In this document: positions 22,601 through 35,096 of the stretch, in pieces
How positions within the stretch are numbered: the first letter of the stretch is position 1
Layout of the letters: every line of letters starts with the position of its first letter
From: Kipferlia bialata
Taxonomy: Eukaryota
DNA length: 36,318 nt
Assembly (NCBI GenBank): GCA_003568945.1
Contig: BDIP01000049.1
Coordinates: 1-36,318 of the forward strand
Direction: 5' to 3'
Made by a program: the position numbers and the translations under genes
Notes under the pieces: generated by a model
Told to the model about the DNA's origin: nothing
Databases searched by the model: none
Seen by the model: only the letters and a program-made list of their open reading frames with translations

Positions 22601-25600
22601 TAGGAATTGTTCCATTCCCTCAATCTCACTGGCTATGAGTCACAGACCTTACCTATGTACATATGCAATAATCACCACCAGTTGGATCTACCCATCTGCA
22701 CTCGATACAATGTTACTCTCACATGTGTCCCCCCACCTCTTGAGGACCGGCAGCATCTGGGGCTGGGTCTCTGCCAGCTCAGACAGGATAGAGCATCTGG
22801 GGTCAGTGTCAGTGTCAGTATAGATAGAGCACCTGGGGTCACAAGGGCAGTCATGATACAGATGTCTGTGGAGACAGTAGGAACCACATAGATACCACAG
22901 TAGTCGGAAGACACTTCTAACATCAGCACATAAATACACATGGCCCCTACCTCGAGAGTCTGCTGTACATCTGGGACACGTCTGTGATGCTGCCCTTCCT
23001 GCCCACATCCTCAAAGGCCCTGGGGGTCAGAGAGGCATAGAATGATGATGTATCACTGGTGAGATATGGGATAAAGACATACCATCTATACAATGATGAC
23101 GCAGTGCATTTGTACCAGAGTGACATCACCAAAAAGAGAATGTAGAAACAAATGGGAGAACTCACCGGAACGCCGCCTCCATTTGCCCCTCAGAGGCCAA
23201 AAGGCGACCTCTCATTACCTATGCGTCAGTAAGAACAAATGGAAGAGGATACCAAAGAGAGACATATAAATATATGGAATACATGCTAATATTGATACAT
23301 GAACAGTTAGGATGAAAAGTGGACATACTCGCCCATACCGAAGCCACATAAGCCTCCCCAAATCACAAATATGACTATACGGTGGTCAAAGTATAATCCA
23401 TATGTACATACCCCTCTCCCACCTGCCTGACCAGAGTATAATATATATCCTCATATGTATATATATATATACAGCACCCATAAGCCCTACCTGTCTGACC
23501 ATCATGGCAGTGTCTCTGGAGGCCCTGCCCAGGTCAGCGGAGTCCTGGGGTGATACAGGGTAGGATATATAATGTATATACAATAATGCATGATATGACA
23601 CACAACAGCGTTAGGGTATCTGAGGACGGACCAGACCCCACCACATACACTATACACATTTACACATACCTGCCCCCTGTATGTAGCTGCACACAGTCCC
23701 TGTAGCACATGGGTGGTGGTTGGTATCTCCTAGGGGTGAGACATGTATGTACTAAATGTGAAAGATTGGATACTATGAGAACAACATCCCACCACATTAT
23801 ACCTGCTTAATCATTGCTTGGCCTGCTTTCTCCTGACCCACAATGGAGCATATCTCTGCTGTGAGAAATGCCTATCCGTTCAGACTTATACATACATATC
23901 TATACATATATACACATACATGGTACGACTATACACAGAGTACATAGTATCGACAATTGGCGATCAGACATATATAAGAGAGTGCACTGCAACAAGGATG
24001 GTCCCTAGCAGATATGACACAAATACTAATGTATGGCACATATGCCACCGACCTAGGAACCCTGACAGCATGCAGTCAAATAGGTACATCGAATGGGCCT
24101 GGAGTGAGAGACATATATATATACTCCATTCATCTTATATTCGTTACAATACATGTGTACACTGGACCTGGCATCAGTACCAGCATAGAAACCTTTGAAA
24201 GAAGAGTGTATCTTAGTATTGCAATGGATAGTATCAGGGTACATATAGATATATATACAGATGTTTGAAAATATATATAGCCACACCTGGTATATATCGC
24301 GTCTCTCCACTCTTGTTGTGTATGCGTGAAGCACTTTGTATGCCTGGGAGTACTGTCTGGGGTCAGATCAAAGGTGAAAACAAGATATAAGGAGTATACA
24401 AACAAGTATATATGTAATATATAAGTAGTATATATAGTATATATACCACACATGCCGCACCTGCTGGATATCATTAGGGTGCTGAGGTTGTACACCAGTA
24501 CCCTTCTGGTTAAAGGGTGCAGCCCAGACTCCCTGCATGTCAGAGCACGGGTATGGACACATTACACTACACAGTCTTCACCTTTGGTGGACCCTGTATA
24601 CATGTATAACAGTATGTACATGCTATCTGCTACCAAAGAGAGGAGGACCCGTGTCTACGTCCATCTATATGTATCCACACTGACTATCACTCACTCACCT
24701 TGATAGCCTTGACACCACCCAACTACCAGTCAATGACTATATATATAACACATACTCTCTCACCTTGATAGACTGGACATGGCAGATATTGCACTCTGCA
24801 CAGCAGATCGCAGCTGAATATGAGTGTATTATTAGAGTGAGGTACAAATATAATACAGATATGTAAGATTCATGTTCCTATCGGCCCACAAATCACAGCT
24901 GGGCCAGGATAACATACTCCGGTATCACTATAACTATCCACGTATCATATCAGAATCATACATGTATCACATGATACTGATACACCCTCCACCCACCTGG
25001 ACCACAGGTACAGACGGGTCCTTGACCAGCACTATGCACTGCACCAGTAGCTTGGCAGCCTTTACAGCTGACATGGGACCGGACTGCACAGGGACGTGTC
25101 TGGAGGGTGGGGTAGGTGTATGTGCATATACATATACATAACATATATATATATATATTGCATATATGTTGAACATATATATAAATATAGCTATATACAT
25201 ACTTACGGCCATTGCACAGGGACATGTCTGGGGATATGATAGAATAGCGCATCCCAGAATGAAAATTAGCCAATAGCGTAGGTAGTGAATGCACCCACCT
25301 TACGTTCCCAAACAGTGACTCGCTGTGTTCCTTGGCAGACTGTTGGAGCAGTGTCTCAACCTGAGAGTAAATGCATGCACACGGTAACATAGGGAGGTGA
25401 TTGACCAATGATAATGATGATTATACAGACGGAACACATTACAACCCCCGTGTCGAATCGCAGGCATATATCCTATGAATATGCCGACACGCATACTATA
25501 TACATCGGTGTATGTCACCTTCAATATGGCCTCCAGTGATGCATCGTACTTCCCCTCTCCCCAGGCTCTCTCAGCGTCAAACGCATATGCTGACGTCAGA

Positions 25601-26866
25601 CTATACTAAATGGCAAATTAGTATACATAGTCCTGAATATAATACGAAGAGCATATTCACAGGAACCAAGCCCACTCAATACTAATACTGAAAAGAGGCA
25701 CCCTATCTTCCATCCCATATACATACAGTACTCACATAATGAGAACCCTATCCGCCATTCGGCACCAATATTGAGATAATAGGCCCGTTTCGTATATATA
25801 TATGAATATATATTTACACACATACCTATGACCGGGGACAGGTGAGGTATGTGGTCTCGGATAGGGTCTGAGGGCACCCTTGATACAGCAGTCCTAGGCT
25901 CTGGGGTGTCTGTCAGTTAGAATTGTGAGACCCAGAGCAGGGAGAGAGTAGAGGGAGGGGGAGAATGAACATATGAACAAGAAGGGATGGGACACCCTAA
26001 GCCACTGTACCCATATACAATAATACAATGACACATAACAGTACAGAATCCCATGCCCTCCTCACCTGTGAATGCCGCCAGACCAGTCCACTCACCCATA
26101 TACAATAATATATATAAAATCATTGTATATATACAATACATGTAACTAGAATAAACAACCCACCTGTGAATGCCTCCAGGCCAGTCCCATCAGTATCAGT
26201 ATCAGGACTAGGACTGGAGGTGCAAGGGGGGGCAGTGTCAGTGCCCGTGTCAGTGTCAGTGTCGGTGAGGGATAGGAGAGGAGGGGCACGGTGGAGAGAC
26301 AGGGCAGTGGACTCCTCAAAGGACCTGGGGTCAGTGGATGGAGAGAGGTTGTTTAAGGCAGAAGGAAATGACGAGGTGTGTACCTGTAGTATGTATATAT
26401 CTAAGAGTGAGATACGGGTGTGCAATCAGTGTAGATAGGTCAAGAGAATCATTGGTTGGGAAGTGGGGGGGGGGTGGAAGGGGGGGGGGGGGGGGGGTAG
26501 GGATAGAGATAGAGAAAGATATCACATCACTGAGGGTATGGCCTACAAGGGGGTCCACGATTCACGGATATCAAGGGATATTTATGATAATATGATTGAC
26601 TTGTAAATCTTCGACTCTCCATACCCACGCGCAATATATACCACCCTACTTTAGGAGTCTTACCTACGAGTCCAATACCCGGCTGTGACGGGCTCATCTG
26701 GAAATCAAGGTAAACAAATCAGTACTATCAGTACACTGCGAGAAGAGGGTGATAAATGTGCAGTCAAAGATCCACACCGATGAATCTGTTTGTGATTTTG
26801 GGACTATCTCAGACTCACTCCCAAGGGCTCAAGTATCACCACATAACGAATCACGCCATGGAACAT
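19686..26866 (-). CDS. Large many-exon protein of unknown function; no stop found, start uncertain
   Basis: A series of short GT-AG-bounded coding-like exons within TA-rich introns, e.g. AFDAERAWGEGKYDASLEAILK, VETLLQQSAKEHSESLFGN, AVKAAKLLVQCIVLVKD, ARDLFAKAIFDRADDAYPEIETNFYWRR. The last three exons are phase-consistent: ..TMSAVHLKEG/DAANATRRNKVNKEADRLAVYLSLQ/IAVAGLMSGVDEHITSSLTYLHICRKMVDR. Not every junction was verified, so this could be more than one gene. Confidence 0.55.
21060..21101. repeat. 13-nt tandem repeat (catgacacaacNN) x3, intronic
   Basis: catgacacaacgg catgacacaacag catgacacaacat catg. Confidence 0.85.
26465..26497. repeat. Poly-G tract
   Basis: Interrupted G run, seen directly. 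Confidence 0.85.
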
Positions 26867-27123
26867 AAGTGTTTAGTAGTTTAGTGTCCTCTATTAACCA
26901 CTATTATCACTCTCGTCGAGTGTACGGTAGCCACTGAGAACAATACACACAGAGGTTCCAACACAAAACCAGCAAGGCCACTCTCTAATACAAACTGGAC
27001 ACATGCCTTTCAAAACACAAGACACCATGTCACACAACCGCACACGTCCCTTGAGCAAAACAGCTCACTAACAAAACACTATCAGACACCCGTATGTTCT
27101 TAAACCCTCTGCCTCTCTCTCCA

Positions 27124-30100
27124 TCACTTGACCCTCTCCAACAGGAAGTCTCTGCAGAACTCCTCCCACCTATCAATGGGCACCCTGTCCCTGCGCATCA
27201 GGGACCAGGCCTGGGGTGGGGGGGGGGGGGGTATATATGTGTGTGTGTGTGTGAGACATAGAAAGGCAGAGTTCATATATACTAGCGTCACTCACGTGGA
27301 TGTGTGTCTCGTCTGATATGGGCGTGTGGTCCAGGTTGGGTCCAGGTAGCTCGTTGAGTAGGGCATTTCGCACGTAGTAGAAGGTCTTGATGAACATCTG
27401 GGAGTGAGTCTAGATATATTATGGAGCATATACATTTGTGTATATGTAGTGATCTAATCACCCCCACCTGGTTCTTGACTGCATCCAGACTCCTCTTGGC
27501 AGCCAGTTCCTTCATCTTGTACCCATACTCACGGTCCATCCCTAAAGTGAGGGCCAGAAACATATTCTATGAAACACACATGAAATATACAACACATCAC
27601 ATATAACATAGTATACCTGGGCTGAATGCGGCGTCCTTGGGGTGCATCTCCCCGCTGACCCCGGTGTGTGTGGAGCCTCTGCCTGTCACGACGGCTGGTG
27701 CCACGGGCCCAGCCACACCCTCTGACCCCTGAATGGATATGGTGGGAGGGGCATCAGTGGATGGGGGCACACTGGTGGGGACCTCGCCGGTTGGGGCAGG
27801 GGGAGCGGGCCTGCTGAAGGGTGAGGGGGGAGGGGGGGTGAGTCATTATAGACTACTTGCTGCAACAGTACAGATAGTAAATGGAGAAGCATACCTAGGT
27901 GTGAATATGTTGCTAAACAGGCTCTTTGCTCCTTCTGTGAAGCTGGCCAGTGAGAACGTAGAGTCTGACCTCTCCCTCATACCATGGGACCCATCAGTAC
28001 CATCACCACCCGATGCATGACCCTCGTGTGTGGCTGTCTCTGGCTCATCACTGACCCTGGGTGTGGATGGGAGGGCCTCAGGGTGGGTGACATCTGTGGC
28101 TATCCCACTGCCATCCTCTGAGGTGGTGCTAAGGGCGCCATCCTTGGCCCTTGTCTCTCCACCTATGGAGACCGGTAGCGACAGAGAGGGAGGCTCGCCC
28201 TCAACTCCCGTACCAGTCTGAGCCACATCAGTACCACCAACACTGTCTGAGACTTTGGTAGGAGTGCCCTCAACCTCTGCCTTTGGCTCACCACTGTCGG
28301 CAGCCACACCCGCTGTGTCAGCGTCCTGTGTAAGACCATCAACAACGGATGATGCATCTGCAGACACCAGGGCGGAGGACAGTTCTGTACCAGTAACTGT
28401 GGCAGCTGTAGCGGATCCTTTGGATATGGATGCTTCAGGTGCCTCTTTTCCCGCACCCGCTGCTCCTGTAGACACAGCAGAGACCCCGGGCTGCTCTCCG
28501 TGCTCAAGAGTGGTGCCTGACCCCTCTCTATCAACAACTGCCTCATTATCTGCATCAGCAGCAGGAGAAGGTGGGACAACCTGTGGCGACTTGGCTGACT
28601 CGGCATCTGCTGCAATGGTAGTGCTTACTGATGTGGCCTGAGTGACCCCTGAGTCATCTGCCTCGACAGCCACAGCAGGGGAAGTGGCCACAGGAGTGTC
28701 AGTCTCTGTAACAGGGACACCGGGAGCAGGGGTACCCTGTACAACTGCCTCTCCACTACCTCTAACGACACTGGGTGATACCGCATCACCACGAGTAACA
28801 GCATCTTGGCCATCGCTACCAGCAGTAGTTGCATGGGCCTGCACCCTAACTCCCTCCCTCACTGGAGTGTGTGGTTGGTCAGCATGCCCTGTCTCAACCA
28901 CTAGAGATGTCACTCCCACAGGACTCCCACTCACCCTCCCCTCAGTATGGACATGGGTATGGGTAGTCTCGGGTGATGGCTGCATGGACTTGTTGTGGTT
29001 GCAGGAGGCATGGATCCTGGGATAAGAGAGGAATAGAGTATGACAGTGCATTACGAACACAATTGGCTAATACACAGAGAGTCCAACACATATACCAACC
29101 TGCTGATCCTGCCCAGATACCGTTGTGCAAAGCAGAATGTGATGTCCTCCTCATGAGCCACTGCCCTCCCTTCCTCTCTCTCTCTCCTTCTCTCTGCCTC
29201 CTTGTCGTATGGATACCCAAAGGACTCAATGTGGAAGATTACCTTAGGTGAGGGAGCTATTCCTATACACCTCAGAGACAGGGTTAGTATACAGCAACTG
29301 ACCTCACTAGCCAGTCTTGTGTACACACTGTGTGTGGTGTCGACCTCATCGCTCAGCCTGACCATCGAGGTCGAGACCTGGGTGTGACCCAGGGGATACT
29401 CTAGATTGCTCAGACACAAAAGACCCCAGTTGTATGACTCACCCAAATAATCACCCACTCTACTTATATTCAAGTTCACCCAAGATGATAATGTTGATCA
29501 GTATATCCTTACCTCCTCGACAGCTGTACTGAGTCCATCTCTCTCCCTCATCAGATGCTCAACCACGCCTGATGGTCAGAGAAGGAAAACATCAAGGGAC
29601 ATAATACCACTCACAGGAAACGATAGTGACTCAATATGACATATGTGTAACGACAATGCCACCACTACCTTCCATCTCCCTGAGTTCCCTCTCTCGCCGC
29701 TTGACCTTGTCCTCCATCTTCTGGAGCTTCCTCTCTCTCTCAGCCGCCCTCTCTCTCTCCCTCTTCGATATGCCATCCCCTGCCTGAACGGGAGCAGGGG
29801 TATCCTTAGAAGCATCCTTGGACCTGGGGTCAATGGTGGATATAGAATGATATGGTTATGAATGAGTATGGTCTCACCTCAAGTGACGCAGCTCTGCCTG
29901 CAGTCGCCCTATCACAGTCTCCTGCGACGCTGTCTGGCCGTGAGTATATACCAACACACATATATAGAGATATGTATACAGATACATATATGCTATAAAC
30001 CCAGAGAGACAATACACATACCCTGTGCGAGAGGCTGGCACTCTTCTCCTGTTGCTCCATCAGCATGCGAGAGAGGGTGTCCCTCTCCTTCTCGGCCTGG

Positions 30101-30844
30101 AGGGTAAGAAGATAGTATCTACACTCATTGTGACAAGTTATGTGCACTTACCGTGTACTTGTCTGCATCCATCACTGCCAGTTCTCCCTGTAGCTCAGTA
30201 CACTGGGTCTCGACCTCCCTTAGCCTGGTATCAGGAGGGATAAAACCAACATAGTCAGCACTATATATATACTCCCATACACCCACCTAAGTCGTGTCTC
30301 CTGCCACCTCCTCAGCACCTCATTGTTGACCCTGTCACCCTCCTGGTCTGTGTCTGTGGAGAGGGGTAGGTGCACAGAGTCAGCCTGGGGTGAGGGTTAC
30401 TCAATGGGGGGGGGGGGGGGGAAAGAGAGGGGGAAAAAAAAAGGGGGGGTGTGGGGGGGGGGGGGTAGGGGATACCTGCTTCCGCCTCTGCTCCACCCTG
30501 CGCTGGTCTGTCTCCATCTGTGAGGGTGCGGGAGGGTACCAGGCCCCCTTGGCCTTTCTGAGTGGCTGGACCCTGTCCACTGTCCTGGTCCCAACCTCAC
30601 CCTTCTCCTTCTTGGCGGGCTCGGGCCTCACAGTCCGCACACTAGGACTGCTCTTCACATCAGGAGAGGCAACACTGACCTGAGGGGGGATGGGGAGGGG
30701 CTTGTGCACAATTGGACTGGGTGAACCTGGGAAGGGAACCTGCCCTGTTTGACTCTGTCCTGTTGGCGCTGCAAATTCACTCGAGTCATTCCACCATGCC
30801 TCACTCTCTGACGCCGTGTTTGTGAATCTTAGGCTCTTGGACAT
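27124..30844 (-). CDS. Multi-exon hypothetical protein: Pro/Ser-rich N-terminus, coiled-coil, long Ala/Thr/Ser/Glu-rich exon, small helical C-terminal domain
   Basis: Starts MSKSLRFTNTASESEAWWND (ATG 30844). Coiled-coil-like exons follow (AEKERDTLSRMLMEQQEK), then the large exon ~27897-29017. The phase-consistent final exons are GMDREYGYKMKELAAKRSLDAVKNQ/MFIKTFYYVRNALLNELPG..ETHIH/AWSLMRRDRVPIDRWEEFCRDFLLERVK* (stop 27124-27126). Confidence 0.7.
30405..30465. repeat. Poly-G/A tract inside the first intron of the 27124-30844 gene
   Basis: G and A runs lying between donor gtatcc and acceptor ctcaccccag on the minus strand. Confidence 0.85.
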
Positions 30845-31038
30845 ATGTGTTGAAAAGGCGGTCACAGCATGTGGAAACTCACAACCTAAAAATGGCTTTG
30901 GTGAAGAACCCCTTTTGAGTGTGTATCACTGACACGGGCAGGGCTTCATCACATCCGAATCCATTGTATACCGAGAAGAGTACTAAGTATCCCCAATCCC
31001 TACCACAACAACCACACAAAGATAGAAAGTTAGCTCAT

Positions 31039-31538
31039 TTACTCGGCCTCCTCCTCAGCCTCAGCGTAGAGGCGCATCTCGTAGGATGCCTTGTCGGTGG
31101 AGAGCACACGGAACATCTCAGAGGCGTCGTTGGAGTGGAGGTAACGCTTGGCAAGGTACTTGACGTACTTCTTGGCGAAGGAGTACTCGCTGTCGATCAC
31201 AACAGTGCTGCGCTCGACAGTGACCTTGGGGGCGGTCATACCGGCCTTGGTCTTGAAGTGCTCGATGACGTACTCGACCTGGTGTTAGAAAAGCATTCTA
31301 ACACGTGAGAAGAAAAAGACCAAAAGGCCACGGAACCCCAATACGACGTGCTTCAAAGGAAACAACGCCGAAGCTCCAGGAAGACAAGTTCAAGGATCAG
31401 GAATGGCCCATAAAGCTAAGATTCACCAAAACGTACGAAATCCTCGGGCTTGAGGTCGAGGTCCATGGCGGAAGACATGTCCATGACGAAGCGGGTGGGC
31501 TTCATGACAGCCTTGGTGGTCTTAGATACACGGGGCAT
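31039..31538 (-). CDS. RPL22: 60S ribosomal protein L22 (eL22), two exons (31437-31538, 31039-31278), 113 aa
   Basis: MPRVSKTTKAVMKPTRFVMDMSSAMDLDLKPEDF/VEYVIEHFKTKAG...SEYSFAKKYVKYLAKRYLHSNDASEMFRVLSTDKASYEMRLYAEAEEEAE*. This matches the eL22 signature F(S)KRYLKYLTKKYL...LRVV(A)..K..YELRY plus an acidic tail. The intron is phase 0, gtacgt...ctaacaccag, and codon usage is strongly C/G-ending. Confidence 0.92.
31282..31304 (-). promoter_or_regulatory. Perfect 9-bp hairpin overlapping the RPL22 intron branch point
   Basis: The pre-mRNA reads GUGUUAGAA-UGCUU-UUCUAACAC-CAG. The stem is directly visible; a regulatory role is inferred. Confidence 0.5.
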
Positions 31539-32309
31539 ATTGATTCGAGACTGCAAGAAGAGCCGTTCTGCTCTGGTTCTCGATACATTCCTTTAGCCCC
31601 TTGTGCATGTCGTGGTTTTTGTGTTCACTTTTAGTGCAAGCAGGCTTGAAGCCAGTTTTTGGTTAAGGGTTTACTTGGAAGAGGTGGTGTGGCTCATGCC
31701 TCTCTTTCTTGAAAACTAATTGGACCCGTAAAAAGGTCCAAGCACTTCCGGTCGTTTCCTAGGTTAACCAACTACTTATGAACAACAACAAGAAGAGGCG
31801 ATAGCTCTGGGTGGGACATTTGGTCAAGGATCTTTCCTCGGGCTAACTGTCTATGTCCTTCAGTTCTGTTTATTAATTGGTCCGGAGGGGATCGGGAGGA
31901 CACGTTGTGAGACTGGAAGTGGTGGAGAGGTGTTTGTATACCTGTTGCACTCCAGGAGGAGTGTATTTGCGAACTGCATTTGGTCAAGAGTGACTGGTAT
32001 GGTTCTCCTAGCTATACCCTGAAGTCATTCACGGACGGGTGGATACCCTATATATATGATAAATATATGTTGAAAGGTACAATGGTAGGTCCGGGAACCG
32101 CAACATGCCGGCCCAATCCAACTCGATTACAATAGGTACCTGTGTGATCGGGAGGATCCACTATTTGTGATAGCCAACCTTAGTCTCAAAACACAGTGTA
32201 GCATTTAGTATCTTGAATCTTGGATGGCTACATATGGCAACTATATCAAACTGGGCGTCATGCACGCCAACTGCTAGAAATATGAGTACGGGGTCTCTGC
32301 CGTCTTGGC

Positions 32310-35061
32310 TCACTCATCGTCTGAGAACTCATAGTCTGAGACTGAGACACTGCCCCTCCCATGCTGGGTGGGTCCGTTCTCTATCCTCTCCTCCCTCTCA
32401 GCTGTCTGGGCCTTGGCTCTCTTGCGGAGGTACTTGACCTGGGAGTGAGGAACGACAACACAAATCATATACTATATATCCCATACTCCTTCCTAGCATA
32501 CTCTCTGTCTGACCTGTCTCTTTATGGCCTCTGTCTGCGGTATGGTGAGCCTCTGCTTGGGAGCAGGCACCTTGTCCCTCCATGTGTCCAGCACAGCCAT
32601 GGCAGTCAGACCGGCCTCATACAGACCAGTCTTCTTGTGCAGCTGGGCAACATACCTGCAGGGTCAGTCACTACTGTAACATGTACTACATATACACACA
32701 CACACCTCGTGACACTGAGTAGTGTCATATCCCTGTTCAGCTCAAACACGTGTGTGCCCTCATCCCCAGTCAGAGACACGGAGAGAGAGAGGGCAGGGTA
32801 TCGCCTGAGCAGGGAGGAGAAGTGCTTGGCAACAGAGTCCACCCCGCTGATACCAGCCGAGGACGGGATCTCCACACTCAGCCTGCGCAGGCTTGGGAGG
32901 GTGTCCTCTCCACTCACTATGCCCAGCAGACTGGAGACTAGGGCTATGTACCGCTTGTTCTGCTTCTTGTCGGGGTCCCCACTGCACTCCACAGTGAGAG
33001 AGGTCAGGGAGGGGAAGGGGAGGGCGGGACACTGGGGTGAGCGGAGAGAGAAGAGAGTGGTCTCTCTCTATATACCAGTATGTACGTACCACTGAGTACT
33101 TCTTCTTGATGGGATGGTGGGCGTCGATGTTGACTGCGAGTGTCAGCCTCCTCAGGGACTGACAGGTGGCGGGTGCCTTCCCCAGCCTGCCCAGTGCCTT
33201 GACACACTCATCGTCAGTGAGAGTGAGGGTGTGCAGGGTGGGCAGCGGGGCAGGTATGACACAGGGGGCAGTCAGGCAGGTCAGGGTGGGCGGGAAGAGA
33301 CTGCGACTCCAGCCACGCTTCTTTGTCTTGCCCTCCAGCTCCCCAGACAGATGCACCTCAGTCAACTGGGGACCTGGGGTTAATGAGGACTCAAATATAT
33401 CATATGCAATCTCCTATATACATATATACATATCCCCACCTGGCTCTGCCATCCCCTCTGCGTAGTCTGGCCCAACATGGATGCAGTGACCCCTCTCCAT
33501 CATGAGCTTCCTCACAAACCGCCTCTGAGCCTTCGACGATGGCGCCACATCATCCCCCTCATACACATACAGAGGCAGGGGGTGCTGGCTGGGCATGGCC
33601 TTGCGGGAGGGGTATGTGTTGTTCCTGGGGCACACCAGCACGGCCACCTCACCCGACGTGAGTAGCTCAGAGGGGAGAGAGGGTAAGAGGAGGGGGTGGG
33701 AGGCATGCTGGTAGACTGGGCTGCTCAGCCACAGGGCACGCACAATACCAGCATCTAGTAGGAACTGGAGCCCCCTCTCGTCACTGTATAGGTCATCAAT
33801 TGAGGCGGAGCATGCCAGGGCATGGGTCACCGTCCACTGCTGCTTGCTCTCTCCCTTAGCAACCTTTGTCCCCTTAGTCCCCTTGGCCCTCTTCGCCACA
33901 GGTGCGTGTTGTGTATTAGTATTTGCGGGTGTCTCCCCCTGCATACTCATTGCTAGGCATAGGGTGTCTGGCAGCTCATGGTCAAAGAGCACAGTGGTGG
34001 GGGGGCAGAACATGTTCTCCTTGGTCCTGGGCAGGGTCAGGTAGAAGCACCCGTTGCGGAGCATCTCTTTCCTCTCCCTGGGAGTGAGATACAATCATTC
34101 ATATATATATATACATACATACTATTGCATATAATTGATCGAGGGATATCTCCTTCCTCTCCCTGGGAGTCAGAGGCAGACACACAGAAACACACACACA
34201 CACATATATATATAGAGAGAGAGCGAAGATATGGGTAGAGAGTATACTCACTTTGCTCCCATTCTGGCCTCCTCCATCTTATCCCCTGGGGATAGGGAGT
34301 CCTCCTCTGATGCTGTCTCGCTCTCCTCAGTGGCCTCACTGTCACTATCACTATAGCGCCTAGTCCTCCTGGGCTTCCTCTCTCTCTCCTCACTGTCACT
34401 CTCCTCCTCACTACCGTCATCTGAGAACACACCGTCTCCACTGGGCTCCTCCTCGCACTCACTGTCACTGGGGGTTAGAAACAGACACATAGAGGCCCAG
34501 CCACATATACCCATCTCCATACTCCCTTCTGTACCTGTCGTATGCCATGTCCCCCTCCCCCATTGTGTGTGAGCACCCCAGTCTCTCAGCATGCAGTGCC
34601 GGGTCACAGTGGACAAGGGCACCCATGACACTGCCATCTAATACAGTGCACTCAGTCAGGGTCTGACAGTGAGAAGAGCATCACTATATAGTGCTACATA
34701 TTAGTATATATATGCACCCGTACCCTCATTGCAGCCCCAGGTAGCATTGCCACAGACACCTTCAAGTCTGCCCCCCTAGCCTTACAGAGCACACCTAGTG
34801 ACACAGCCACCGAGGGGGTGACACGCATGGCAGATACATCAAGAGAGGATAGGGAGGGGAGGAGGCCGGTGGGTGTGGGTGGTCTGTCTGACCAGGGCTG
34901 GGAGGTACCAACCTGCACAGAGTGACAGGCAGGCCAGTCGGAGAAGGACAGGAAGCCTGGGGTCAAGGGATAACATGCATATATATACATACATATATAT
35001 ATGAAGAGAGAGAGAGTAAGAGGGAGAAGGACAGGAAGCCTGGGGATAAGGGATAACATGC

Positions 35062-35096
<35 letters not shown>

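Noticed and set aside
30405..30465. Poly-G tracts as functional G-quadruplexes or coding poly-Gly/Pro
   Set aside because: They are intronic, and the irregular G/A runs look like low-quality sequence. They cannot be interpreted without reads.
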